A stretch of 64,000 nucleotides of DNA from Kudoa neothunni (lineage: Eukaryota > Animalia > Cnidaria). The notes below the pieces were generated by a model. It was not told the origin of the DNA. It saw nothing but the letters and a program-made list of their open reading frames with translations, and did not search any database. The position numbers and the translations under genes are program-made. Shown here in pieces: positions 1 through 13,643 of this stretch (position 1 is the stretch's first letter; each line of letters begins with the position of its first letter). The DNA lies in contig OZ199840.1 in NCBI GenBank assembly GCA_964304625.1, positions 2,867,828-2,931,827 of the forward strand. The letters run 5' to 3'.

Positions 1-1725
1 GACGAAAACCGTAATTATAATGATGATTGGACTCGAAAATATTTCTTCATCTATTCGTTGAATAAAGCGATGTGTTTGCTTTGTCTCGAATCAGTCGCCA
101 TATTAAAGGAATATAACTTGAAACGGCATCACGAAACGAAACATGGGGAATTCAGTGAAAAAATCAACAATAACAACAGGGAACAGGCAGCCTTAAAATA
201 CCTTGAAAGTTATTAAAAGCAACTCAGTTCATTCAAAACGAAATCATTAACTCAAGAAAACGAATCTGAAATAAGTCTTATGATATCATATAACATTGCT
301 CGGCGAAACAAACCATTTTTAGATGACGAATTCGTGAAAGAATGTATAATGGATTGTGTTGTCGCTGTTCGTCCGGAATTGAAAAAAATGTTTGAAAATA
401 TTCCATTATCAAGAAGGACAGTTGTGCGTCGTATAGAAATGATAAGTGAAAATTTAAGCCAACAAATAAAAGATATAAGCAAAGATTTTGTGTGTTATTC
501 ATTAGCTTTAGATGAAAACAGATATTAGAGATCCTGCACAATTTCTTATTTTTGTATCACTGAAGAGTTACTTTCTATGGAACCGATGGAAAGTACAACA
601 ATTGGGCGGGATTTTTTGAATGTGTGGTTAAAGCAGTTGAAAACAATGAATTACCTTGGAGTAAATTAACAAGCGTAACAACTGATGGCACTCGCTCTTT
701 ATTGGGAAAGAATTTGGGAATGATTAAACTAGTGAATGAAAAATTTAAAAAAGAGATTCCCAACCATGCTTTTCTGTCATTTCACTGCATTTTGCATCAA
801 GGAAGTTTGTGTAAATCTGCATTAAGTTTAAACCGCATTGTAACTCCAGTTATGAACGCAATAAACATCATTCGTTCACGAGCTCTGAATCACCGTCAGT
901 TCAGATCGTTGTTAAATTATCTTGGTTCTGAGTACTGAGACGTTATCTACCATAACAATGTACGATGGTAAAGTTTAGGAAAAGATTTTATTATATGAAA
1001 GACGAAATTAAGGCTTTTCTTAAAATGAAAGATTTTAATTGTGAGTTTATCCACAAAATAGACTGTGATAAATGGAGGTTTGAGTTTATGTTCGCAGTCG
1101 ACATCTTAGAAAAACTCAACGAATTGAACCTAAAGTTGAAAGGTAAACAACTCATAGTTTATGAAATGTTCAACCACATTAAATCTTTTGAAGCGAAACT
1201 ATCCCTTTTTATAAATCAAATAAATGAAAGGAAACTTACCCACTTTCCATTGCTTGCAAAAGAAAAAGAGCCTCCGGTTATTCGTTTTAAAATAAAGTGC
1301 CATCTGAAATCTTTATCAGATGAGTTCAATAGAAGATTTAAAGACTTCAACAGGTTGAACCAAAATTTCAAATACTCACATCGTTATTCTCTGTTGATGT
1401 GAACACAGCTCTCGACGAGCTACAGCTTGAACTGATAGATGTTCAATCTGACAGTTTATTAAAAGAATTGTTTTTTGTTGTTCCATTAACAGAATTTTAC
1501 AATTCGTTATCTGCTAAGAGTTTTCCATGCCTTAAAAATTTCGCTTCCGAAATATTTTCCATGTTCTGATCAACCTATATTTGTGAGCAAAGTTTCTCCT
1601 GTATAAAAATTAACAAAAACAAGAATAAGTCTTTGCTATCAGACAAAAATCTAGGAGCCGTACTCAGGATATCTTCAAACAACCTAAAACCGAACCTTAA
1701 GCTATTAGTTCATTCAAATATTTAG
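1..1725 (+). pseudogene. Decayed hAT (Charlie/SPIN, GTF2IRD2-like) transposase; 5' end outside window
   Basis: Frameshifted and stop-interrupted pieces carry family motifs: CLLCLESVAILKEYNLKRHHETKH (zinc finger), PLSRRTVVRRI, YSLALDE, SVTTDG, FHCILHQ, RALNHRQFRSLL, STYICEQSFS (dimerisation region). Confidence 0.9.
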
Positions 1726-1810
1726 TAATTATTTTGCTTTATATTCTCGTTTTATTTAGCATCTGAAATGCAACACCAATCACTTCAGAGTTGAAGCTCT
1801 ATGACAAATA

Positions 1811-3299
1811 CTAGCGCAAAAGCCTCGCTTCGGGTGGGCTTCATTGTCCGGCCACGCAGACTAAAGCCTTGAATAGGCCAAGTTCATTTTAAGTTCAAAG
1901 TCAATTATAATTATTTTATCGTTCTTTTGACGACAGTGTTATTCGATATAAACAATATTAACCTGATCATATTCACTTTCTTCTTCATTGGACTTTATTT
2001 TCATTTAGAAATCATAAGTTCTTACAACTCGCGTGGCGTATTAATCGCTTTAACCAACCAGTTGATGAACTAACTAATCTAAAAGTTTGTTAACAATGTT
2101 GCATTTAATGATAACGTACTAAAATTATTTTATGTTTATTTAGAAAATATTATCTTTAAATAAATGTGCAAAGTAAATAATTTATTCACGTATATTAATC
2201 TCACATTTAAACAATAAATCTTCGTTTACGACGCGTGCACCGCCTGCGCGTCAACGAACGTTGTAAAACTTGTTAATTTAGTTTAAAGTGTAAAAAAGAG
2301 TAAACTTTTAAAGTTTCAGTTGTATTTACATACAGAAAATTAGAGTTATCTACGCCTATTATTGAATCCATTAGTAAATCACGTGTCGTAGTAATCTCAG
2401 TACAGTGGGTGGCGTGTGGTAGTTCGTAATTTGAGGAAATATTACAAAATTAACGTACAAAAAAAATTATAATAAGTTATTTATTTCTCGAACTATTTGA
2501 AAACATTTATTTGACCATTATGAATATAAATAAAATATTTTTGAATTCTTTAATTAATTAGGTTTTTTCTAGATTATTTTGTAGTGGCGTATGGTTCGTA
2601 ACTTTTTCAGATACGTCGAGATTTTTGTTTTCGATCTATGAAACGAGGAACAGAAATTGAGGTAGGACTTTAAAAGAGAAATATAAAATAATAAAGTTTT
2701 TCCAAAACCAGCGAAGGTGTGGAACATAAACAATATTGAAGATGACGCCAATATTCATGATTTTATAAGTGATGATAACTGTAACAGAGTTGACAAATTT
2801 TATAAATTTTACGGCATAGGACGAAGAATTATTCCATTCAAAATTTTCCCCCCTCTCATCTGTCTGATTTAAGAAGTTACTTGAAATATCATAGTTTAAA
2901 TAGTAATAAACATCAATAGGATATTGAACGAGAAATGCACAATATAATTGTCAGAAAACTTAAAAATATTGCTATCACTGAGAAATTTCCCCCAAAATAA
3001 ATTATCTTTATAGTTGATTTATAGCATTGTATCCTTCTTAGTATTGGGCGCGCAATCGTAGAAATTACGAACGAATGATCACCCATTGTATTGTCAGTAC
3101 TAATCTGCCTACAGAAAGTTTACACCATCGATTCACCACTTTGTAAGCAATCAGAAAGCTCCATTTTATTTTTTTAGTTAATTTTGTATTTTTTTTAAGT
3201 GCAAAAATAATCTCAAATACTAATGAATGTCTCTGTAAAAGATTTGTGCGTACACACACCGACACTATTACTTCATATATATATATATATATATATAGA
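1811..3299 (-). mobile_element. Non-autonomous Helitron-like element, possibly composite
   Basis: On the minus strand it starts A|TCTATATATA at 3299 and ends with the hairpin AAGCCC-ACCCGAAGCG-AGGCTT followed by TTGCG-CTAG|T at 1811. These are canonical TC...CTAG termini inside an AT dinucleotide. Pairing of the two ends is inferred. Confidence 0.55.
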
Positions 3300-4115
3300 T
3301 AAGTTTTATTAATTGATGTAATTAAGGGAAATTAAAAGAAATAATAAAAAGTAGGAAATAGTAAGTTATGATAACTTTGTCTGGTGGAATTATTATTCTA
3401 AAAAATATATATACAAAACCTTAAAAGATGATTGTTACATTGATACTTACCAAAAACTAAAAAATTTTTTAATTTCATGTTATTTTAATCATAATTTGGG
3501 ATTGTAATATTCCGTACCAAATTATAAGAAAATTATTTCTGTAAGTTGATTATATTTGTCACAAAACATTTAATGTAATCTGAAATATTACAAATCTACT
3601 AATTAAGTTTTATTAGTTTGATTATATTCAAACTAATAATTTAGGTATCATTTTAAAATAGACGTTATATTGAATTATATACTTTAAATAATTATAAAAT
3701 AATTGTATTTGAATCAATTTGTAAATACTTCATGTGTACTTAATGAGTAATATTAACTTTTCATAATTTTAGTTTTAATTAAAATTTATTAAGTATAAAA
3801 CTTATTATTTCGATCGTAACTGTTGTATTTATTAATTTGCACTTGAATAAGACACACTTAAATGACACAATACACCTCGTGATTATTGTTTAAATGAACA
3901 AATAATGTTTTTTTTCAATAAAGGATTACAGTAACATGCAATAGTATGCCGATCACAAAATTTCTATATTTAAAAAAATTATTTAATTCTTTTTTAAATT
4001 AATTTATACACTAACTTGTTTATTGCACGAAAAATGTTAGAAAAGCCACCAATAGGTATTAAAGTTCTCACAAAACACTTAATTAACATTGCAACCCTCA
4101 AAGCTTCTGTAATGA

Positions 4116-4154
4116 GCCAATGTGGCCCCCAGACCCAAAAGTTGGGCCCGACTG
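4116..4154 (+). mobile_element. hAT/Charlie-type right terminus, probably of the element at 1-1725
   Basis: GCCAATGTGGCCCCCAGACCCAAAAGTTGGGCCCGACTG resembles the TGTGGCCC...AAAAG-TTGG...CTG 3' ends of Charlie/SPIN elements. Confidence 0.45.
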
Positions 4155-7025
4155 CATAATTTCTGGTTCACAATATGCACGCGCGGGAAATTTTTTAGGC
4201 TAGCATTTAATTATTATTAAAGGCTATGATTCTATTATAAAAACGAAACAATGATAATTTATTTTAATAGTAGAGCCATATTTTTAGTTCATTCAATATT
4301 TGGGGGTATATATAGTTGAAAATTACTGCTTGAAAAGTTATTTATATTGAGTAAACATCCTGTATAGTCGTTATGAAGAAAAATGTGCTAGAAATAAATA
4401 TAGATACATCTAGCATATTTTAATTTAAGTGAAACGTGAGTTAAATAGTGTAGTTCTCAAAAGGAGTATTCGCGGAGATTCACATTTTAAATTCAACGTA
4501 ACCAAATGGTTTAGCGTATAAAATTATTTCGCAAAATAATAAAATCTATGAACTTGTTGATACAATTTAGATCAAACGAGAATTAACGCTCAATGTATAA
4601 CAATTATTAAAATTATGAGACCATGGGAGCAGGAGTGGTAAAAAATTAATTGATGCGATTAGTTGATTGCAATCAACTTTATAATTTCAATAATTGATTT
4701 TATCAGGCGCAATTAATTGCAATTATGACTTTTTACATAAAAAATTTCCAATAAGATATAATTTGAATCGAAACTTTTCTGTTCTGTTGAGGAAATACAT
4801 TTATATGAGACTTGTTTCTGAAAAATGATACCAGATGTTTCAGTAGAGTTGAAATTGTTGGCAGATATGAAAAAATCAAGTGTTATCTGGCTGAACTTGC
4901 TTTTACCAATAAAAAAGTACGATGAATCATCTTTTAGCGCCAATAAAAAATTTAGATATTTCTAAATTGCATGGTGATTTAAAAAAGTTCTATTCAATAA
5001 CTTTGGCTCTACAGAAATCGAGTATTATTATGGCACATGCAAATTATTTTTTCGATTGAGTTATTAATGCGTATCCAATATTGTATGAACCTCTATGTAA
5101 GAATACAAATATTATACATTCAATGAGTTCTGAAAACGGATATTTTAAAATTCATGAGGATAGAATTGATGAATCAACTTCTGAAGGGGAACATGCTATG
5201 TTCAATCTAAAATTGCTCTAGTAAATTTTAGTAAAAGAAACCGACTCCTATTGAATCCAATTATTTTTCCCTCAATGTTACAAGAAAACGAAAATTGAAA
5301 TAAACAATCCAAATTCCTCACTATATAAGCACAAGATTTATTCTCTCATCCTCTAATCTGGTTGGATGATTATTCAGCCCCGCTGGTTATACCTTTGAGG
5401 ACCATCGCCTAAATTGTTCCTCTATAAATCTCGAAACGCAAATATTTCAAAAATCCAATAAAAGATTATGGATCAATAAAATTGTTTAGAAAGTTGTTTC
5501 ATCAAATTTACAATGTATAGTTAATTCATCTCTTTTTTATCGTTCTGTTATTGTATTTAGTTTAAGTTATATCTTATATGTCAAAGTTTATTGTTTATCT
5601 TGGCATTTTTTATCATTGACGAAAAAATTAAAAATAAAACGAACGGCAGAAAAACCATTTGTTTGATTTTATTTCAATTTACATTGGATTATGTGGTTTC
5701 AATAAATGTCCAAATATGCGTTGCATAACGTGGTTCATATTTTAGATGTTTTCAATAAAGACAATTTTTTGCAAAAAAATATTGAACCTCTCCCCATGAG
5801 ATTTCAAATATAATGATTCTGACATTATACCCACTAATTAACTTTTCTAACTTTAACTTTAGATTAATGTTTTAAAATATGAAAGATTTCTTGCTACTTT
5901 TGTTTGAGACCGAAATAACTAATGGAAAATTTTTATGCCGAAGTATATAAATGAACTTCAGTGATGTTAGATCATCGTCAATAGCTTTCTAATAATTGCA
6001 ATAATTGATTTTGAAAATTTGCAATTAAAATTAATTTTTGACCATCCCTGCATGCGAGGCATGTGACCAATGGTTTGTGTGGGAAACGTCTAGTATGACA
6101 ATAATCAATTTTATTGCAGACAATAGAACTTAATTCACTAAAATAACATGTATACGCATTTAATAATGTTATCAAATCAAGAAAAATACGATTTCGTTAC
6201 ATGAGAGATGGTTAAAGTATGATTTTAATGGACAAATTCTCCATTTAAAATTTTATAAAAATTTCTAGGACAAATATAGCCTATTGTAATTGTGAAACCA
6301 AATTTTTAATATCTCACATATTCTAGGAGATATTCTCACCCATGCAAATAGCCACTGCCACGATGAAAATCAAATTATGTAAGGTAAGAAATTAACATAT
6401 TTTCTCCTATTAAAGTAACTAATAAGATTTTTTAGATGGCATCAAGTTAAATTCATATATAAATACAGTAGGTGACTGATTGTGGGCATTCAAATAAGAG
6501 TTGAGTTCACGGTGTCCAAGAGCCGTTCCGGCGCATACAAACAAGGAATTCATAAAAATTTGTTTTTCATAAAGTCTTAATAATATATCTTATACAAAAC
6601 AAATATTTCGTAGAATAAAAACATTAATCGTAGAAATTCTTATTTTTAAAATAAATAAAATTGGATTATTACATTCTCGAATATATTTTTATGAATAAAT
6701 AATAAGAAAATTAAATAAGAGCGTAACAACTAAAACATCATTATAAAGGTGAATCTAAAATACAAAAACTACTTATAAAATTATCAAATACCCTTTTTTT
6801 TAGTTTTTAAAAGCTATTTAGGTTACTACGAAGTGTCAAAATACTCAGAAATCTGATAAGATCGAATTCAAATCTGCTTTGAGTTTAGCCGATTTCCCAC
6901 GAATCGCACACTTTTATGTTAATTTAGCCATAACCTAATCAGTAATAGGTTAATTCAAATTTATTTTAATTGGTTAAAGAAATTTATAGAATGTTTTAAC
7001 ACGTTATCAATTGCATATACATAAG

Positions 7026-8608
7026 TAAATTTTGGATGGTCGCCGACATCCCACGAAAGATATTTGCTTATGGATGTTAATAAAAACGACTTTGTAACAT
7101 TATTGGGGAAGCGATTTATTCTTTCTAATAGTATAACAATTTTTTTGTCTGATGTATCAAATATGGTCATTAAACCTTAATAGATCGAAAATTAGAGACA
7201 CATTTTCTGGGAAAATTTGTTTATTTTTCCTATCGTTTTGATTTCCCTGAAATTACAATTTATGTATGTTGTTGATCGATTTGAAATTTTATTGTAATCG
7301 ATAAAAGGATATAAAAACTGGGAGTGTTACAAAAACCGGACTTACAAGTGACGTCGGCTGGGGATGCATGATAAGATGTGGCCAGATGTTGCTGGTTAAA
7401 TCTGTCATCACTGCAAATGGTTATAATAATTGCTTATTAGTATATAAAATTATAACCATATTAAATGTAGGTTTCGATTTGGATTCAATAATGACAGAAC
7501 AAGCTCTGATTGAATATTTTCTGGATTACCCACATTCTCCTATTTCTATTCATAATATAGGTTAATGGTTATGATCATATTCGACTATTGCATTTTCGTT
7601 AGTATGTACTGCAGACAATCATAATATAACAAAGGCGGGAAAATGGTTTGGCTCCAATGCCATCTCTCGCACTTTACAGTAACCACCTTCAAATGTCTAT
7701 AATCTACATAGTTTTTCTACAGATTGGTTATAAAAAATTTCAATATCTTCAATTTATCCATATACATTCCTAGTAATTTCACAGTCAGTTATGAAGAAAT
7801 GTGTAAGTATTAAATATGATTTTGTTAATAACCAAAATATTTTTACGGATGTATCGATTTTTAAAAATATTAAAAATTCTTGGACTATATCAACTTAACA
7901 ATATTTTGTTAGATAAAGAAAATAATGGAAAAACTCCTATACTAATACTAATTTCGCTTAGAGTTGGTGTAGATAGTGTTGAAGAAAAATATTACAACTT
8001 TATTAAAGTAAATTATATTTTTCTGGCTGAACGTAGTTTAATTCGTAAAGGAATGTTTAAATGACACTTTCTCCGTGGGTATTTTAGGAGGTTGTCCTAA
8101 TCATGCTTTTTATATTGTCGGTCATGATGGTATCTGTGGATTATATGTGCAAATAAATATATTTTTAGAACATGATTTGATCACACTAGATCCACACAAA
8201 CCCCAACGATGTAGGACTCTTGACCAACACCAAAAGAAAAATTTTCGTTCGTTTAAATGTGAGGATTTTAAAATAGTACCGATTTCGAAACTTGACCCTT
8301 CTATACTGTCGTATAAATCTCTTTTATAGATTTTTGAGTTATTATGTAAACATCTAGGGATTCCTCATACCTAACAAACATGATTTTGAATTATGGCGCT
8401 ACAATATGATCAAGGTATCTAACTTGTGTTGATTCACTGAATGAAACTTTACCACCTAGTCACGTTTGGCAAATAATAATAGTTTAGGCTTGTTTGATAT
8501 AAAAAGTAATGATTTTAGTTTATTTTATGCCATTTAAATTTAGCGAAAAATTTAACAGCCCCAAAGGAAACTACTTGCGATTTTCTTTGTGATTATGTGA
8601 TTATTTAG
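7026..8608 (+). CDS. ATG4: Autophagy cysteine protease ATG4 (multi-exon; further 5' exons probably lie in ~5140-6920 but are unresolved)
   Basis: Spliced translation: VTLLGKRF, FVYFSYRFDFPEI, GLTSDVGWGCMIRCGQMLL (catalytic Cys), SPISIHNI, AGKWFG, LILISLRVG, GILGGCPNHAFYIVG, LITLDPH (catalytic Asp/His), LDPS, C-terminal LIR-like DYVII*. One junction (8311/8357) is 1 nt out of phase. Confidence 0.93.
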
Positions 8609-9939
8609 ATTTTTGATAGAACTTTTATGCATTTTATTTTTGAATTTAATCGCATGTAATATATTTTTTTGTATAAGTTTACGTTTCTATATATATTTTT
8701 CTAAGCTGGAATTTATTTCGTCATTTTCAAACTTATTGTAAGTTTATCTGAGTTATTTTGTATGGAATAATAGCATTTAATGTATTTTTTATATTTTAAA
8801 TTTAAGTAATTTAATAATTAAATTGGCTGAGCAGCTAGAAAGATGACGCAATTGCATAGCTAGGTGCAGGCTTGATTTATCATTTACAACGGTTGTTTTA
8901 GTTCCATTTTGAAAATGTTTAAGGACAAATACACTTTAAATTCACTAGATTTTTTCGATATCAAAATACATACTAAAAACAATTCTACTCACATATAGGT
9001 TTAGATAGAGTCATCTTTCCGTTAAACAGTATTAAACTCTGCAGTCGGTCTCTGATCTCTTACGCAATATTTTATAAATTAAAAGAAAATTATCACAAAG
9101 ATATATTTATTGAGATAATTAAATGTGAAATAAATGATAAATTTCTCAGATGTACCTGAGTTCAGAAAATGACCTTGTGGTTAATTGAAATTCGAGGATT
9201 CGAATCAATATTTTTTCTGAAGTCACTCGTTTAAGAATAACTTAATGTATTAAGTAGTTTTTATGAGTGGGTTCGTTATTGACTAAAATTATATTGAATC
9301 TCATAATAAATGTCAAATTAATTCGAAAAAAATAAACATATTAATCTAACTTAAAGTTGATTTTAAATACGACTTTAGTATTAATTCTAGGATAAATATG
9401 CATAATCGTTCGATGAAGAGCTAAAATAAAATTCTAACATAAAATAGATTTCATGGCAACTCATTACCGATCCATAATATAGTACTTAAGATATACCAGC
9501 GAATCCGTTATACTCTTCCATGTTACGCAGCAACCTCTGTTTATTACGAAATTTTTTTTATTACTTAAATATAAAATTAATTCCTATGGTAAAATTGATA
9601 CGAAATTTGTTATGAATGCAACTTCATTCAAAAATCTATTAATTTATCAAATAATTATAGATACATAATCTATTTATGAATATTGCATAAAATTACGATA
9701 GTTAAAAAAATATTTCTTACATCAACTTAAGTACATTAATTATTTATTCCATTTGATAAAGTTAAAAATCATTAAAATGATATAACATGAAAGCAAAAAA
9801 AAATAAAACCACTCAAAAACGAAAAATAACTATCTATTTCTATAATTTTACAAATTAGTATAAGCAGAAGTTTTATATAACATCTTTAATAATAAAATGT
9901 ACACCAAACAGAGAAACATTGGGATCGATAAGAACCTAT

Positions 9940-12900
9940 TTATTTCAATTTAACACTGTGAACAACTTTGGCATTGATGCCTCTGGCCTCGCCGTCATAT
10001 TTCGAGGTGAGTGTACGAATAGGACGAACCTAATTCCATAGATTATAGGATTAAAATAGAAAAATTAGATTTACTTGTCCTCTGCGGCGTTTGATGGCTT
10101 TTTTATATTTGATTCTGTGTTTGACTCTTGGATTTTTGTATTCGCGTTTAGATTTTTTAACGAGTCCTCTATTTCTTTCCATTTCCTTGGTAATGGCTCT
10201 GTTGTCATTATCTTGAAACCTGGAAAGAATTAAGAAAACCAAAATTTAAAGATAACTTACGGTTCCGGCAAAGTATCCGGATGAACCATTGACTTATTTT
10301 TAGATTTATTTTTTAGTGAAAAATAATGATTTAAAAGATTTTCTTTCGTGAATGTAGGTCGAATGGCGGAATTTTCTTCATCAACAGTTTCTTTTCTCGT
10401 ATTACTTATCTTTGCATCAGCCGAAGGATATGACGTGTCCATTTTCACATTACGATTGATATTTTTCACACAACTGATCGATCGTTTTTTTTTATTATCA
10501 TTGTCGCTGAAACTTTTGATATACTTAAAAATCAAACATAAATATAGTTGAAACTTTAAAAATACCTTGAAAAGGGTGACCAAATGGTTATAAACCTGAC
10601 TTTGGTTAGATATCGATTTATTTATATCTTTATTGGCTGTAAGCTCCTGTAAACCAATGTCAATTTGCGACAGAACTCTAATTAAAAATTCAAAAAGAAA
10701 TCATCTACTTAAAATTACTCTTCATAAATGGCTAATTTGTTTGAATCATCACTAGAAAGCTTGGCCAAATTCTTCAATGAGGCATTACCTGAATAGTGGA
10801 AAAAATATTAAAATTAGATCTAAAGATAAACTTTCTCAACTACTAAATTAAACTTAAACTAACTTTCGGTCGATCACCTAATATTAAACTATTATATTCC
10901 AAAATACGAATCACATGTTTCAAATATACAATTTAATTTTTCCAAACAAATTGAAATAAAACAATAAATGTTTTAATTTGGATTCTATTTCACGAATTTA
11001 ACATTAAAATTCTTCAAAGAACAAATTTAAATAGATAGTATGAATTATATGATCACAAATGAAATAAAATCGAATAAGTTTACTGGTTCATAGAAGAAAA
11101 CAATATCAATGAATAAATACACTAAATTAACGCCTATTAAGACACTTATAGGTAATTATATTGTTGACACAAATAAAATATGAGCTTAATAGTTTACAAA
11201 TGAAGAACAAAGGTCAATTGACAGTTGCTATTGCAATGTATGCATAGAACTACACCAATTTTCTAAGCAGTGTATATCGTATTCCCAGTTTACCATTGTA
11301 TGCAAAAATTATGAAGTAACAATAAAAACTATATAAAATGTGCATAATCCTTTTAAAAAAAATCTTATAAATAATAAATTATTGATTTTAATATACTATA
11401 GAGTTTAGAATAATTGCATGACGTAAACTTTACAATCCAACTTATGTAAAGTTGTGACATTTGAGTAATACAGTGTATTTTCTGAATCCTTCGTTTAAAT
11501 CAATAGATTACATATTTAGTTGATATTCTACTCCTCATTAATTTAATCTTAACCCAGCACATCTCTTAACTGAAAACTAGTCTCGCATTAATTAAATTAT
11601 ACGAAGCGAATTTCGTAATTAAATTTTTAGGCTAAAATCTGAAATTTGCAATAGATAAAATTTGAAAATTTCTCAAGCATTATTTATTTCGATTGCAATG
11701 ATATTAATATAAATTCTTCTTATACTCTATTATTAAACCATTTCTCATAACGTCTACAAATTTCCTTCTGAATAATTACTTAATTTGAACTAATTTTTAC
11801 TTAAATTATTGATAAAATTTGTTCCAAAAACTAATTTATATACAAAGCAATATATTTAACGGCATTAATTCATCACATTTATTTAACTTTGCTATTATTT
11901 ACATTAAAATTAAAAGATGTATTAATAGAAAACTAAATGAACTAATTTGCTTAATTAATTAAGAAGAATTACTCGCCCGTGTTTCATTGGTAAATTGAAT
12001 AAAATATCTCCGATTAAAATTTGCATTAGACTTAACGTTGCGGAAAATTATTAGGTTATTTTACAAATTCCATACACATATATATATTTATATATAAGAT
12101 CCATATCCAATTCCCGCTCTCTAACTTAGAAAACTATCTTAAACCCAGGCATGAATACGCGAGGTTCATTTTTATCCTCCAGAACTCGTATTATTGTCTA
12201 CACGAAATGTTATTTTAAATTGGACGCTATAGCCAATTATTTCTGATTAATCATAAAGTCCTCATGACTGGAATAAATTAACTATATTGAGAACGAATAA
12301 AGTGGATTAATTATTGATAGATCAATGAACACATCAAAATAAAAATGAACTACGATATATTACCCAAAGCATGCAAACGAATTTAAAACTATTCTCAATG
12401 CACATTTTAAAAGTTTATTTTTAGAAAGTTTACCTAAAAATCACCCCCACTATATCATACTAGATCCACTACGTCCATTATTTCCTATTTTAAAAGATAC
12501 CTTTATCAAGAGTGTCTGTTTTTAGTGAAGCCTTCAAGGTGATACATTCTGCAGTCTATAACAAAAAATAGAGATATTATTCAAGAAACTGTTACCAATC
12601 TCTGATGAAGATACAACAATTTTATTATTAGTGGGTCCAATTTAGAAACATCTCCATTATTTAATAATTTCTCTGCGAAAGGCAGCTGTTTTGTATTTTT
12701 TTTCTTCAATAAATGTCACTCATAAAATCGACAATAATTAACAAAAATATACCTTCGTATGGTAGTCAATAGCTTCCACTTTTGTTTCCTAATTAAAATA
12801 ACAACACCCCCCAAAACAAAGCTACTCACATCATTCAACTCCAAATTTTTATCGTATTTGTAAATATAAAGATATTGATCATCATTCAAAGTGCTGAATA

Positions 12901-13562
12901 GTCTTTTTCTAAAGGCGTCGCTTTCCTTTTCTTCAAGCAACGCAACAGCTTGAGCATCCTCGTCGTTTTCTGTAGTTCAGTAAATCAACCCATCCCAACA
13001 AATCATAATAAATACGCATCATATCAATGTCTTGTAGGTCATGGTTGTAGTAGACCGATGAATCTTTTCCCCAAGCTTTGATACCAATCAATTTGTCGTC
13101 CTGGTCTATTGGCATATCTCCAGTAGAAGCAGGTTCACTTAGGTCGAAGTCGCTTTCAGTTTCATCATCTCGATCAGAATAAAGATCAAATTCATTGTTC
13201 TTTTCGCCAGCCACATCATCGCTGAAATCTTCAGTGAAATTTTTATGGCCTTCATCAACCAATGAAATCTACAATCAAAGGATTCTCCAAGACCCAGTAC
13301 AACCAATCAATAATCTCACATAATCTTTATTGAAATTGAAATCATCTATCTCATCATACACATTATCATTCTAGATGAATGGGAATTATAAAAATATTAA
13401 ACAACACTACAACTGTTAGATACATGGTCGATATTTACCACGGCCCGATTATTCTCATTCTTCATACGCTTGCTCTCAAGCTTCCTGCGACTATAAATAA
13501 ATTTTAAAAATCTATTGATAAACTTAACGTATTTATAGTTGCCTTTTTTCACTTCTACCCAT
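9940..13562 (-). CDS. UTP3: SAS10/UTP3 small-subunit processome protein (multi-exon; middle exons partly unresolved)
   Basis: N-terminal DEIDDF and AWGKDSSVYY motifs. C-terminal Sas10 domain RAITKEMERNRGL...KNPRVKHRIKYKKAIKRRRGQVRP...YDGEARGINAKVVHSVKLK*. Confidence 0.92.
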
Positions 13563-13643
13563 TTCCAGCTGACTTAAACTTACGGCTGCGTGCGCGCTCT
13601 CACACGTTACTCTGTTCGTTCATTTATTCTGTTGTTGGTTTCT
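13563..13643. promoter_or_regulatory. Putative bidirectional promoter between SAS10 and TP53RK
   Basis: Only 81 bp separate the divergent predicted start codons; the interval contains TGCGTGCGCGC (13587-13597). Confidence 0.6.

Noticed and set aside
1800-1880. GC-rich segment as an HDV-like or hammerhead ribozyme
   Set aside because: No catalytic core could be fitted; it is better explained as a Helitron 3' hairpin plus CTAG.
9185-9215. B-box-like GATTCGAATCC on the minus strand (tRNA or SINE head)
   Set aside because: No A box, acceptor stem or TSD.
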